Origin: an uncultured Caulobacterales bacterium
GTDB lineage: Bacteria > Pseudomonadota > Alphaproteobacteria > Caulobacterales > Maricaulaceae
Assembly: GCA_964410285.1 (NCBI GenBank)
Contig: CAYPFR010000006.1
Coordinates: 18,401-82,400 of the forward strand
Direction: 5' to 3'
Length of the DNA: 64,000 nucleotides
The notes beneath the pieces were generated by a model that saw nothing but the letters and a program-made list of their open reading frames with translations, was not told where the DNA came from and did not search any database. The position numbers and the translations under genes are program-made. Shown one piece after another: positions 1 through 9,340 of this stretch; within the stretch, counting starts at the first letter, position 1, and every line of letters starts with the position of its first letter.

Positions 1-742
1 CTGCAAAGACATTTAAAAAGGCCGCTAGTTTTTCCGGCGTATCGGCAAGGCGCGCCGTATAATCTTGCTGTTTCCACTGAGAAATACGCAAGATAATAGG
101 CATATCTGCGCCGACGGCTTTGCGGCACTCTCGAATGATCTCTCCGGCAAAACGGGCGCGTTCAATTAGCCCGCCGCCGTAAATATCTTCGCGCTTATTC
201 ATAACGTCCCAGAAAAATTGGTCGATCAAGTACCCATGCGCGCCGTGGATTTCAATCGCATCAAACCCCAAAGCCTTGGCATGAGCGGCAGAGCGCGCAT
301 AGCTGCTGATCATATCCTCTACCTCGGCTTCGCTGGGCGCAGGCAAAACGGCTTTGCCGGTATGTGTAGTGCCAGAGGGGCTATCACTATCTGCTTCGGG
401 GTTATGTCCAGTGCCGGGTTTGCGGACCATTCCCACATGCCAGAGCTGCGGGGCGATCTTACCGCCTTCCGCATGCACGGCCTTTGCAACAGCCTCCCAG
501 CCTCTCAGCGGCGCCTCTCCGTAAAATTTTGGATAGTTTGGATCATTGGCAGAGCCGGGGCGGTCCGTCACAGTGCCTTCGGTAATAATCAACCCCACAT
601 GATTGGCGGCGCGGCGTTTGTAATAGGCCGCAACATCCTCGCCTGGAATACCGCCCGGCGAAAAACTACGCGTCATAGGTGCCATGCAAATGCGGTTGGG
701 CAATGTTAATCCGCGGCAAGAAAAGGAAGAAAAGAGGGTCAT
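1..742 (-). CDS. NADH:flavin oxidoreductase, Old Yellow Enzyme family (partial; C-terminal part lies beyond the window start)
   Basis: Absent from the ORF track because it has no in-window stop. My reverse-strand translation from ATG at 742 reads MTLFSSFSCRGLTLPNRICMAPMTRSF...AIEIHGAHGYLIDQFFWD, which are OYE-type motifs. Track ORF 218..709(+) is its antisense shadow. Confidence 0.8.
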   Translation of the reverse strand, partial: MTLFSSFSCRGLTLPNRICMAPMTRSFSPGGIPGEDVAAYYKRRAANHVGLIITEGTVTDRPGSANDPNYPKFYGEAPLRGWEAVAKAVHAEGGKIAPQLWHVGMVRKPGTGHNPEADSDSPSGTTHTGKAVLPAPSEAEVEDMISSYARSAAHAKALGFDAIEIHGAHGYLIDQFFWDVMNKREDIYGGGLIERARFAGEIIRECRKAVGADMPIILRISQWKQQDYTARLADTPEKLAAFLNVFA

Positions 743-786
743 GAAAATCTCGGCTAAGTGAGGTCGTTAAGAATGTCTTTCGGCCC

Positions 787-1392
787 TTATTCCATGTTCC
801 AGCCGCTTTGGGAAATTATCTCTGCAATTAAGGGCTCCTGCCCGGCAAGAGCCTCTCTCATGCGCGCTATTTCAGCGCGCGCCTCTGTTTCTTGTCCCAA
901 CACTTTGCGCGCGCGAAGTAGCCTTAGCCAGCCCTGAGCGTCCTGCGGCGTATCAATGAGCCGCGAGGAAAGCCCGTCGACCATGGCCGTAATTCGCTCC
1001 GAACGCTCCTTGGGCGTCATTTTCTCAAATTCGGAGGCGGCGGCGGCAACAGCGGGCGAAAGCGGCGGCGGCGCGTCCGCGAGCCGGCCTGTGAGTTCGG
1101 GCGCGCCGAGCTTGAGATAGATCACCGGCGTGAGCAGCAAGATAAAAGTAAAGATACCAAGTGTAAGCCCACGCTGCGGGCGGGCGGGCCGAGCTTGGGT
1201 AAAGGCGGCGGGCGCGGCTTGAAGAATGCGGCGCTCGAATCGCCGGCGCTCGGCTTCGTCTTCGATCTCATCAAGCGCAGCTCGGTAATCAGACAGGTCG
1301 TCGGCTTGCTGGCGGGGCGGGGCGCCGTAAAGGGGGGCGCAGATAAACAAAAGCGCGCCAAAACAAAAAATTAAAAGCACGATCCAGATCAT
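787..1392 (-). CDS. ccmI: c-type cytochrome biogenesis protein CcmI (short form)
   Basis: Last gene of the ccmF-G-H run with an ATGA overlap to ccmH. Has two hydrophobic segments (IWIVLLIFCFGALLFICAPL, LTLGIFTFILLLTPVIYL) and a helical C-terminal part. The call rests mainly on position. Confidence 0.55.
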   Translation of the reverse strand: MIWIVLLIFCFGALLFICAPLYGAPPRQQADDLSDYRAALDEIEDEAERRRFERRILQAAPAAFTQARPARPQRGLTLGIFTFILLLTPVIYLKLGAPELTGRLADAPPPLSPAVAAAASEFEKMTPKERSERITAMVDGLSSRLIDTPQDAQGWLRLLRARKVLGQETEARAEIARMREALAGQEPLIAEIISQSGWNME

Positions 1393-1838
1393 GGGTCCAT
1401 TCCGCCCAAAATCTTATCCAATTTTTCACGCTCTTGCGCGCTCAGCGCCTCTGGTGTTCGCATCTGAGCCCGCCCGCGCGGGACACGCAAAAACCATAGC
1501 GCCCCTATCAAAACTGCAAAGAAAGGCGCCGCCCACAACACATAGGTATTTTTCTGCACAGGCGGCTTCAGCAGTACAAAATCGCCATAGCGCTGCTGCA
1601 TAAAATCCAAAACCTGCTGATCACTCTCACCCGCCCGCACGCGCGACCTTACGAGGCGGCGCATATCTTCAGCGAGACTGACATCGGAGTCCTCGATAGA
1701 TTGGTTTTGGCAAACCACGCAGCGCAGGCTTTGGCCGATATTTTTTGCCCGCGCTTCTACCTCCGCCTCGCTGATTTGGCCAAAAGCGAGAGGCGGGTAG
1801 ATTAAAAAAGCTGCAATTATAAGAATAATACGCTTCAT
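1389..1838 (-). CDS. ccmH: cytochrome c-type biogenesis protein CcmH
   Basis: Signal peptide plus the LRCVVCQNQSIEDSD motif (the CcmH CXXC signature), followed by a TM segment. ATGA overlaps on both sides. Confidence 0.85.
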   Translation of the reverse strand: MKRIILIIAAFLIYPPLAFGQISEAEVEARAKNIGQSLRCVVCQNQSIEDSDVSLAEDMRRLVRSRVRAGESDQQVLDFMQQRYGDFVLLKPPVQKNTYVLWAAPFFAVLIGALWFLRVPRGRAQMRTPEALSAQEREKLDKILGGMDP

Positions 1839-2365
1839 GGCAGTTTCGCCTTTAGAAGGCGAATGCGCGGTTCAAATTCATCTTGCCAAACCTCGGGCGT
1901 GATAATCCCCGTATGTTTGAACCTTATGCGCCCGCGCGGGCCAATGAGAAATGTTTCAGGCGCGCCCGTGATCCCAAGATCAATCGCAAGCAGACTCGCC
2001 GCGTCAAAAATAACGGCGTCATAGGGATTACCATGCTCGGAAAGCCAACCTTGTCCCGCCCGCCGGCTATCGCGCCAATCCACGCCGACGATTTGAATAT
2101 CTGTTCGCGGGGACAGCGCCATAAGCTGCGGATGCTCGGCGATGCAGGCCGTGCACCAAGATCCAAAAATATTCAGCAGGCTTATCTTGTCTTTGAAGAC
2201 ATGCTGCGTAATTTCAGGCTGGTCTTCATAAAGGCTCGGAAGGCTGAATTCAGGCACCGGCCGGTCTATCATCTCACTTGGCAGGGCGGCGGGGTCACGC
2301 GATAGGCCCAATGCAAAGGCGATGATAAGAAACCCAAAAGCAATAATAGGAATAAATGCGCGCAT
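1835..2365 (-). CDS. ccmG: thiol:disulfide interchange protein CcmG/DsbE
   Basis: N-terminal anchor and thioredoxin motif GSWCTACIAEHP. The GAPETFLIGPRG stretch is typical of DsbE. Confidence 0.9.
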   Translation of the reverse strand: MRAFIPIIAFGFLIIAFALGLSRDPAALPSEMIDRPVPEFSLPSLYEDQPEITQHVFKDKISLLNIFGSWCTACIAEHPQLMALSPRTDIQIVGVDWRDSRRAGQGWLSEHGNPYDAVIFDAASLLAIDLGITGAPETFLIGPRGRIRFKHTGIITPEVWQDEFEPRIRLLKAKLP

Positions 2366-4302
2366 TATGGCTGCCCCCTCAGCCGCCGGTCAAATAGGCC
2401 AATAAACCCTGCGAATGCCATGATAATCGCGCCGAGCCAAATCCACACGACATAGGGATGGTAATAAGCGCGAATAATCCAGCGTTCTTTATCGGCTGGA
2501 TTTTCCGAAATTGACGCAAGCAAGCTGTGACGTAAGCGTAGATGAAGGCCGGCCTCTGTGGTAAGCATATGGCGAACGGGATAATAGCGGCGTTCTGTGC
2601 GCACTGTGCCCACAGGCTTGCCGTTTTTACTCAAGGCCACATCTGCCGCGAGGAATTCGTAATTCCCTCTCCTATCATTTTGCAAAGGCCCCATAGTAAA
2701 GCTGTATCCTGCAAGCGTTAGGCTCTCTCCCGGCAGTAACGCCTTTGAGCTATCTTGTGACCAAACAGACATAGCGGTGATACCCGCCGCGCAGATCGCA
2801 AATCCAAGATGAGCACAGACAAAAGCCCAGCTTGCGGCGGGCTGCGCGCGCAAAAGCTTCGTGCTTTCGGCGAGGCTGACCTTCCCCCATTTTACCCTTC
2901 GCCCCATGACGGTCAGCGTCCCAAAGGCCAGATAGGCACAAAGGGCCAAGACTATCCCCCCAATGATTGACTTGCCAATCCAAAGGGTCAGCAAAGTGAC
3001 ACCCCCCGCAAGCCCGGCAGATTTGAGGAAAAAGGGCCGCAGCCGCGCAAGGCTGTCCTCGCGCCATTTTAGCAAAGGCCCCGTCCCCATAAATAGGATC
3101 AACAGGCACATGATCGGCGCGAAGGTGAGGTTGAAATAAGGCGCGCCGACAGAGATTTTATCGCCAAAAAAGGCATCAATAAACAAAGGATAAAATGTGC
3201 CGAGGAATACGGTGAGCGCCGAGCAGACCAAAAGCATATTATTGAGCGCCAAAGCCCCACTGCGCGAGACGGGTTCAAAGCCCCCCGAGCCGCGCAGGGT
3301 CTTGGCGCGCAGCGCATAGAGCCCGAGCGCCCCGCCCGTTGTCACCGCCAAAAGCGCCAGAATATAAACGCCGCGCTCTGGATCTGTCGCAAAGGCATGC
3401 ACACTCACCAACACTCCCGAGCGGACCACGAATGTGCCAATCAGGCTAAGTGAGAAAGCCGAGATCGCAAGCAAGACTGTCCAGCTTGGGAAATTATGGC
3501 GCGTTCCGAGCACCAAAAGAGAATGCAGCAAAGCGGTCCCCGCCAGCCACGGCATGAATGACACATTCTCGACAGGGTCCCACATCCACCAGCCGCCCCA
3601 GCCAAGCTCATAATAGGCCCAATAGCTTCCCAGAGCGATACCGATCGTCAGAAAACTCCATGCCGTTAGGACCCAAGGCCGTAGCCAGCGCGCCCATACG
3701 GCGTCAATTCGTCCTTCAATTAGGGCGGCGACCGCGAAAGCAAAGCTGATCGAAAATCCAACATATCCGAGATATAGAAAAGGCGGATGAAAGGCGAGAC
3801 CCGGGTCCTGCAAAAGCGGATTGAGACCATTTCCTTCGGCGGGCAATATCGGGAGCCGCTCAAAGGGATTAGAGGTGAGGAGCAAAAATCCGATAAACCC
3901 AACCCCAAGCATGGCCTGCACAGATAGGGCGCGGGCACGAAGGGAGCGTGGCAAACGTTTCCCAAAGGCTGGAACCAGCGCGCCGTATAGCGCCAATATT
4001 AGCACCCAAAGCAGCATGGAGCCCTCGTGGTTGGCCCAGACTCCGCTAATTTTATAAAGCAAAGGCTTGGCACTATGAGAGTGGCTGGCCGCGAGTTTGA
4101 CGCTAAAATCGGACGTCAGAAATACGAAACTAAGCGCGGCGTAAGACATCGCAATCAGTATGAATTGACCGTAAGCCGCGCGGTCACCAAAGGCCATGAG
4201 ACGAAGGTCGCCCCTTTTCGCTCCGAGCATCGGCAAAATGGATTGCAAGAGGGCCGTCAGGAACGCCAATATGAGCGCGATATGTCCAATCTCTGCAATC
4301 AC
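2365..4302 (-). CDS. ccmF: heme lyase CcmF
   Basis: 645-aa polytopic membrane protein with N-terminus (V)IAEIGHIALILAF and the WGGWWMWDPVEN tryptophan-rich motif. The start codon is GTG at 4302. Confidence 0.95.
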   Translation of the reverse strand: MIAEIGHIALILAFLTALLQSILPMLGAKRGDLRLMAFGDRAAYGQFILIAMSYAALSFVFLTSDFSVKLAASHSHSAKPLLYKISGVWANHEGSMLLWVLILALYGALVPAFGKRLPRSLRARALSVQAMLGVGFIGFLLLTSNPFERLPILPAEGNGLNPLLQDPGLAFHPPFLYLGYVGFSISFAFAVAALIEGRIDAVWARWLRPWVLTAWSFLTIGIALGSYWAYYELGWGGWWMWDPVENVSFMPWLAGTALLHSLLVLGTRHNFPSWTVLLAISAFSLSLIGTFVVRSGVLVSVHAFATDPERGVYILALLAVTTGGALGLYALRAKTLRGSGGFEPVSRSGALALNNMLLVCSALTVFLGTFYPLFIDAFFGDKISVGAPYFNLTFAPIMCLLILFMGTGPLLKWREDSLARLRPFFLKSAGLAGGVTLLTLWIGKSIIGGIVLALCAYLAFGTLTVMGRRVKWGKVSLAESTKLLRAQPAASWAFVCAHLGFAICAAGITAMSVWSQDSSKALLPGESLTLAGYSFTMGPLQNDRRGNYEFLAADVALSKNGKPVGTVRTERRYYPVRHMLTTEAGLHLRLRHSLLASISENPADKERWIIRAYYHPYVVWIWLGAIIMAFAGFIGLFDRRLRGQP

Positions 4303-4370
4303 GCCATAGCTATAGCGCCGCTGGCTATTTTGGCTAGGCTTTTGATGTCGCAGTCACCGCACAAGCCCGC

Positions 4371-5306
4371 CTAGAAAGAGAGGCCGCGAACCGTATTCAG
4401 GCTCTTTGCAATAGAGGCCTCATAAGGGCGTTTGGGTTGATCATGCTCGGTAATAAAATACTCGAGTCCGGAGAGCTCATTCATGGCAAATATCGCGGCG
4501 AAGTCTGTATCGCCTTCCCCGACATTGACCATGTAATTCTGCCCAATCTCTTCATAGCTGGGATTGGTTTTCAAAAAGACATTGGGGTCGCCTTTCATAT
4601 CTTTCACATGGCAGAGCTTGAAACGGCCGGGATAGCGCTTGAAGAGGGTCTCAATATTTACGCTAGCCAGATTGGTCCAGAAAATATCAAGTTCAAAATC
4701 AAGGTTTTCCGGCGCGGTTTCATTCATCAAAATATCCATTGCCGTCGTGCCTCCGCCCAGATCCTCAAATTCAAATTGATGATTATGATACGCAAGACGT
4801 AGGCCTGCATCCGCGAGTTTCTGCCCCGCAAGGTTCATGACTTTGGCGTGGCGCTTCCAATCGTCGAGGCTGCGTTGATCGTCAGCCATATAAGGGACAA
4901 CCGCATATTTAAGGCCCAAGGTTTTCGCCGTCCCAATCAGAGGCGAGAGGTCCGCCGGAACGGTATCATCATAGCTGATATGGGCAGCAGGCGATGGCAG
5001 GCCAATTTCATCCAGCATTTCTTTGAGGTCAGCCGGGCTGACCTGCGCCCAATTACGGCCATTTAGCTCCACATAGTCATAGCCGACATCTTTGATCATT
5101 TGGAAGGTGCCGCGAAAATCCTCTTCCATCATTGCCCGAAGAGTGTAGCTTTGAATGCCGACTTTATCGATTTTGTTCGCTGCGCTCATAGCTTTCCCTG
5201 CGAGCTCTTTTCCTTGCTGGACTGCCGCTGGGCCGTCAGCCTTCCGGCAAGCCGCTAGGGTGAGTGCGCTGCCTGCGCCTGTAAGTACCGTTCGGCGTGA
5301 TAACAT
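4371..5306 (-). CDS. xylose-isomerase-fold (sugar phosphate isomerase/epimerase family) protein with a twin-arginine signal
   Basis: The track ORF 4371..5459 overlaps the upstream gene. The internal ATG at 5306 gives MLSRRTVLTGAGSALTLAAC (a Tat-like SRRTVL plus an LAAC lipobox-like site). AGGAG lies 8 nt upstream, with a TAATG stop/start overlap to the GMC gene. The body (YDYVELNG, LAYHNHQFEF, CHVKD, ITEHD) matches the AP-endonuclease-2/xylose isomerase TIM-barrel family. Confidence 0.8.
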   Translation of the reverse strand: MLSRRTVLTGAGSALTLAACRKADGPAAVQQGKELAGKAMSAANKIDKVGIQSYTLRAMMEEDFRGTFQMIKDVGYDYVELNGRNWAQVSPADLKEMLDEIGLPSPAAHISYDDTVPADLSPLIGTAKTLGLKYAVVPYMADDQRSLDDWKRHAKVMNLAGQKLADAGLRLAYHNHQFEFEDLGGGTTAMDILMNETAPENLDFELDIFWTNLASVNIETLFKRYPGRFKLCHVKDMKGDPNVFLKTNPSYEEIGQNYMVNVGEGDTDFAAIFAMNELSGLEYFITEHDQPKRPYEASIAKSLNTVRGLSF

Positions 5307-7012
5307 TAGAGATCTCCTGATTGAATAAGGTCTGCGGCGTAATTGGCCGCACGGGCCGAGAGCGCCATATAGGTTATGGATGGGTTTTGAATAGCTGAAG
5401 ACGTCATGGCGGCGCCGTCTGTAATGAACAAATTTTTCACGTCGTGGCATTGGTTCCATTTATTGAGCACAGAGGAGTTTGGATCACGTCCCATACGCGC
5501 CGTTCCCATTTCATGGATACGGTTGCCCGGCTTTGTCAGGCTGACCTCATGAACTTGGATATCTTTAAATTTGGCCCTGCGCAGAATGTCCTCCGCATCC
5601 TTTGAGGCCGCCTCCATCAAGGCCATTTCATTTGGCCCCATACGCGCATCAATCACGGGAATGGGGATTCCCCATTCATCTACTTTGTTTTTATGTAAGG
5701 TGATGCGGTTATTCGGGTCAGGTAGAACCTCTCCGTAAGCATCAAGGAAAACCGTCCAAGGGCCGGGCGTTCGGTTGGCGTTTTTGAACTCTTGGCCAAT
5801 CCCGGAGCGCGAAGCTTGCCATGACCCGCGCCCCGTATAGACCTGAAAGGCAAAGCCGCGTTTATAATCTTCGGTATAGTCAGGATAATTGCGGTAGCGG
5901 GGAATATATCCCTGCCCTGGGAAACGTCCAAAATAATGTTTGTCTTCCATGCCTTCAATTACGGCCTGGGCCCGCGCGCCTGCTACATGATCCATAAGAT
6001 TGCGCCCAACCTGATCCGAGCGGTTTGCGAGGCCATTTGGCATAACCTCTGATTTTGATTGTAGCAAAATGGCCGCCGAATTTAGGGCCGAGGCGTTTAA
6101 AAAAATCACTTTCGCGGTATAGGTTTTTGCCGCTTTCGTAACGCGGTCAATCACCTTTACCCCTGTTGCCCGTTGTGTCTTGGGGTCATAGGTGACGGAC
6201 GCGACAATGGAATCTGGCGTTAAGGTCAAATTTCCCGTTCGCTCGGCTGCGGGAAGGGTTGCCGAATTTGAGCTGAAATACGCTCCGTAAGAACAGCCGC
6301 GAAAGCAGCGATTGCGCGCTTGGCATGGCCCGCGCCCGAGCGCCATTTGTTCTGGCGTCGCATGGCTAAGGTTTGCGACGCGGCCCGAAATCAGCCTGAT
6401 ATTCTCATAATTCTCTTCAAGTTTTTCCTTCAATACCTGCCCCGCGCAATCTAGCTCAAAGGCAGGGAGATAATGCGGGCCGTCTGGCAATTGGGCGAAC
6501 CCGTCTCGGTTTCCCGCAATACCTGCAAATTTTTCAACATGATCATACCAAGGCTCCAGATCACGGTAACGTATGGGCCAATCCACGCCCACGCCGTCTG
6601 CTTTATTCGCATTAAAATCATGATCGGAGAGACGGTAACTCATCCGCGCCCACATCAAGCTTCGTCCCCCGACATGATAGCCTCGAAACCACTCATAATC
6701 GGTATTCAAAACATCATCGGGGTTGGCTGTCTCATACGGGTACTCGCTATCTTTCACCCAGAGATGTTTGGTGCTTTCAAAAAAGACATATAGGTCTTTC
6801 TGAATTTTATAATCTCGCGCGGCTTCATCGGGACGCACACGGTCCAAGAATTTTTTATCCCAAGGATCAAGATGATCGGTATAATCAATATTGGGATCGA
6901 TATCGCGTCCGCGCTCTAGCACGAGAGTTTTTAGTCCTCGCTCACACAGTTCCTTTGCCGCCCATCCGCCCGACATACCCGAGCCGACAACAATGACATC
7001 AAAGTCAGCCAT
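5306..7012 (-). CDS. GMC-family FAD-dependent oxidoreductase (paralog 1)
   Basis: N-terminal FAD fold DVIVVGSGMSGGWAAKEL and C-terminal HEMGTARMG...NLFITDGAAM, the GMC active-site region. No signal peptide of its own. Confidence 0.9.
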   Translation of the reverse strand: MADFDVIVVGSGMSGGWAAKELCERGLKTLVLERGRDIDPNIDYTDHLDPWDKKFLDRVRPDEAARDYKIQKDLYVFFESTKHLWVKDSEYPYETANPDDVLNTDYEWFRGYHVGGRSLMWARMSYRLSDHDFNANKADGVGVDWPIRYRDLEPWYDHVEKFAGIAGNRDGFAQLPDGPHYLPAFELDCAGQVLKEKLEENYENIRLISGRVANLSHATPEQMALGRGPCQARNRCFRGCSYGAYFSSNSATLPAAERTGNLTLTPDSIVASVTYDPKTQRATGVKVIDRVTKAAKTYTAKVIFLNASALNSAAILLQSKSEVMPNGLANRSDQVGRNLMDHVAGARAQAVIEGMEDKHYFGRFPGQGYIPRYRNYPDYTEDYKRGFAFQVYTGRGSWQASRSGIGQEFKNANRTPGPWTVFLDAYGEVLPDPNNRITLHKNKVDEWGIPIPVIDARMGPNEMALMEAASKDAEDILRRAKFKDIQVHEVSLTKPGNRIHEMGTARMGRDPNSSVLNKWNQCHDVKNLFITDGAAMTSSAIQNPSITYMALSARAANYAADLIQSGDL

Positions 7013-7055
7013 TATATCGCGGCCGCCTTGAACAAAATGCTTTGAAAGCGATCAC

Positions 7056-8771
7056 CTATAGCGTGCCAGCTTTCAACAGCTTCGCCGCATGATCAGCCGC
7101 CCGGGCGGAGAAGGCCATATATCCAAGCGACGGATTTTGGCAGCCCGCAGAGGTCATGAAGGACGCATCCGTGATAAACAGATTAGGGACATCATGACTC
7201 TGGTTCCATTTATTGAGCACAGACGTTTTCGGGTCATGCCCCATGCGGGCCGTGCCCATTTCGTGAATCCCGTTACCGGGCGGGGTTAGCGTCATATTTT
7301 CAGGATCATCACCGCCGATATTTGTGCATCCCGCCGCCGCGAGCATAGCCCGGCCATCAAGGGCCGCTTGGCGCATAAGTTTTTTCTCATTATCGCCGTG
7401 CTTGGCATCAAGGATCGGCACGGGGAAACCCCACGCATCGGTCTTGGTTGGATGCAGACGAACATGATTATCATAATTGGGCAAAATTTCGCCAAAGCCC
7501 GTGATTGAAATCACCCATGGGCCCGGCTTGCGGTTCGCCGCTTTGTAATCGGCGCCAACGCCAGCCGCATTTGACGATCCTTTCCACTGCCCCCGGTAAG
7601 CCCGCCCCTGATACCCAAATCCGCGAATAAATCCGTCGCCATCTTCTGTATGATTTCGGAAACGCGGAATATAAATTCCGTTGGGCCGGCGGCCAAAGTG
7701 ATGCTTATCTTCATTCCCCGGTAAAGTGCCGTAAGACGAGCCGCCAATAATATGGTCCATCAAATTATGTCCAAGTTGGCCCGAGCTATTAGCAAGGCCC
7801 GTCTTGAAACTCTCTGATTTCGAATTGAGCAAAATCATAGAACTCGGGATCGCGCCTGCATTGAGAAAGACGAGGCGCGCCGTCATTGTCTTGGCGGTTT
7901 TGGTCTGGGTATTGACCGTACGCACGCCGCTTACGCGGTTTGTCTCAGGGTCATAGTCAAGCCCATGCACAGCAGTATCATTTATAAGGGTAAGATTACC
8001 GGTCCGCCGCGCGGCCGGGAGCGTTGCTGAATTGGAACTGAAATACGCGCCAAAAGAACAGCCACGGAAGCAATGATCACGTGCCAGACAGCGCCCTCGG
8101 CCAAGCTCTAACTGCTCTTGTGTTGGCGCGGTAAGATTGGCAACTCGCCCGGGAATGACCTTGCGGCCGGGGAATTTTGCCTCGACATGATTTTTGAAGT
8201 CTTCTTCTGCGCAGGTCAGATCATGCGGCGGTTGGAACACGCTATCTGGCAAAATTTCTAGGCCTTCCTTTGAGCCGGAAATTCCTGCAAATTTTTCGAC
8301 ATAATCATACCACGGCGCAATATCGTCATAGCGCACAGGCCAATCGATGCCGTGGCCGTCTTTTTTATTGGCCTCAAAATCAATATTAGAAAAGCGGTAG
8401 CTTTGCCGTCCCCACATAATCGAGCGACCGCCCGTATGATAGCCGCGCCGCCAGCGATAGCTTTGGCCCTCGGGGACGATATAGGGATGCTCTGCATCTT
8501 TGACCCAGAACTGTTTTGTATAGCTGTGGAAGGCATAGACCTCCGATTGGATAGGATAGTCTTTCAGGTCTTGAGGAGACTTCCAATTAAGCTGTTCATG
8601 CTCCCATGGATCTTCCATATCTGTATAGTCTTCGACGGGGTCAATATCGCGCCCGCGTTCAATCACGCAAACCTTAAGGCCCCGCTCGCACATCTCTTTG
8701 GCCACCCAGCCGCCGGACATACCGGAGCCAACAACGATTACATCAAAATCATAACTCTTATTATCGGTCAT
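7056..8771 (-). CDS. GMC-family FAD-dependent oxidoreductase (paralog 2)
   Basis: DVIVVGSGMSGGWVAKEM and HEMGTARMG...NLFITDASFM; collinear and clearly similar to paralog 1. I chose ATG 8771 (MTDNKSY), which makes a TAATG overlap with the small-subunit gene. ATG 8783 is the alternative. Confidence 0.9.
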   Translation of the reverse strand: MTDNKSYDFDVIVVGSGMSGGWVAKEMCERGLKVCVIERGRDIDPVEDYTDMEDPWEHEQLNWKSPQDLKDYPIQSEVYAFHSYTKQFWVKDAEHPYIVPEGQSYRWRRGYHTGGRSIMWGRQSYRFSNIDFEANKKDGHGIDWPVRYDDIAPWYDYVEKFAGISGSKEGLEILPDSVFQPPHDLTCAEEDFKNHVEAKFPGRKVIPGRVANLTAPTQEQLELGRGRCLARDHCFRGCSFGAYFSSNSATLPAARRTGNLTLINDTAVHGLDYDPETNRVSGVRTVNTQTKTAKTMTARLVFLNAGAIPSSMILLNSKSESFKTGLANSSGQLGHNLMDHIIGGSSYGTLPGNEDKHHFGRRPNGIYIPRFRNHTEDGDGFIRGFGYQGRAYRGQWKGSSNAAGVGADYKAANRKPGPWVISITGFGEILPNYDNHVRLHPTKTDAWGFPVPILDAKHGDNEKKLMRQAALDGRAMLAAAGCTNIGGDDPENMTLTPPGNGIHEMGTARMGHDPKTSVLNKWNQSHDVPNLFITDASFMTSAGCQNPSLGYMAFSARAADHAAKLLKAGTL

Positions 8772-9340
8772 TATGTTGCCCATGTTTTCGGATAATCAGC
8801 CAGAGGCACGCAGCCCTTCCACTCTCCGGGTACGGCTTCATAAGCCAGTTCTTCGGAGGCTCCAATCTCGCTCATGTAATAAGCGGTCGCGGCCGTGCGT
8901 TTCATATCTTTGTAAAAGTTATCAGGGATGGTTCCATTAAAGACGTCGCTGTCATATTTTCCCAAAAGCGATTCTCTTTGTTTGGGGGACATTTTAGAAA
9001 AATCCTGCCCAGCTTTTGCGGTCAGAGTTTTACCAAGCGCGTCCATGCCGTTTGTCCAGTAGTTTTGGAATTTGGTATCGCCCCAGTCTTTCACGAGCGA
9101 TTGCAAAGTGGCCGGCACGCCAGCGGCCACCGCCCCGCCCGTATCCGTTGCCGGAATGATTGTATCCACCAGCGCCGTTAAAAGCACCATATGGGCGGCG
9201 GAAAGCTCCCTCGCGCCCGAGCCAGCCGTCGGCGATTTGCCCTCGCTGCCATTATCCACGCAGGCCGCAAGGGCGCCGCTGGCGGAAATCGCAAGCAGGC
9301 CCTTGATGGCATCGCGGCGATCTAAGCTGAAATTGTTCAT
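8771..9340 (-). CDS. gluconate 2-dehydrogenase subunit 3-family small subunit with Tat signal
   Basis: 189 aa. N-terminus MNNFSLDRRDAIKGLLAISASGALAAC has a twin-arginine motif. Size and position directly upstream of GMC flavoproteins match the small Tat-targeting subunit of membrane or periplasmic flavoprotein dehydrogenases. Confidence 0.75.
   Translation of the reverse strand: MNNFSLDRRDAIKGLLAISASGALAACVDNGSEGKSPTAGSGARELSAAHMVLLTALVDTIIPATDTGGAVAAGVPATLQSLVKDWGDTKFQNYWTNGMDALGKTLTAKAGQDFSKMSPKQRESLLGKYDSDVFNGTIPDNFYKDMKRTAATAYYMSEIGASEELAYEAVPGEWKGCVPLADYPKTWAT

Noticed and set aside
218-709. The 163-aa plus-strand ORF, and many similar long ORFs antisense to or out of frame with the genes called here (for example 1883..2305, 8352..8795, 13046..13522, 20710..21429, 35286..35966, 38230..38724, 39932..40420, 47899..48369).
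   Set aside because: They lie inside stronger ORFs that carry clear family motifs. Their translations are Arg/Ala/Pro-rich with no motifs, which is typical of shadow ORFs in GC-rich DNA.
787-4302. The idea that the ccmFGHI genes next to the flavoprotein dehydrogenase locus supply its missing cytochrome c partner, making a functional super-operon.
   Set aside because: Ccm proteins are general heme-attachment machinery. The two units are separated by a 68-nt spacer and ccmF has its own GTG start, so adjacency alone is not evidence.
4371-5459. Long N-terminal extensions of track ORFs (also 20440..21903, 31785..32558, 40472..40792, 41089..42390, 48239..49798, 54788..56053, 59956..60495, 62616..62897, 62904..63800).
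   Set aside because: The extensions overlap the upstream gene or read like promoter sequence. Internal ATGs give canonical N-termini, signal peptides or SD spacing. Several track starts are GTG or TTG shown as M.
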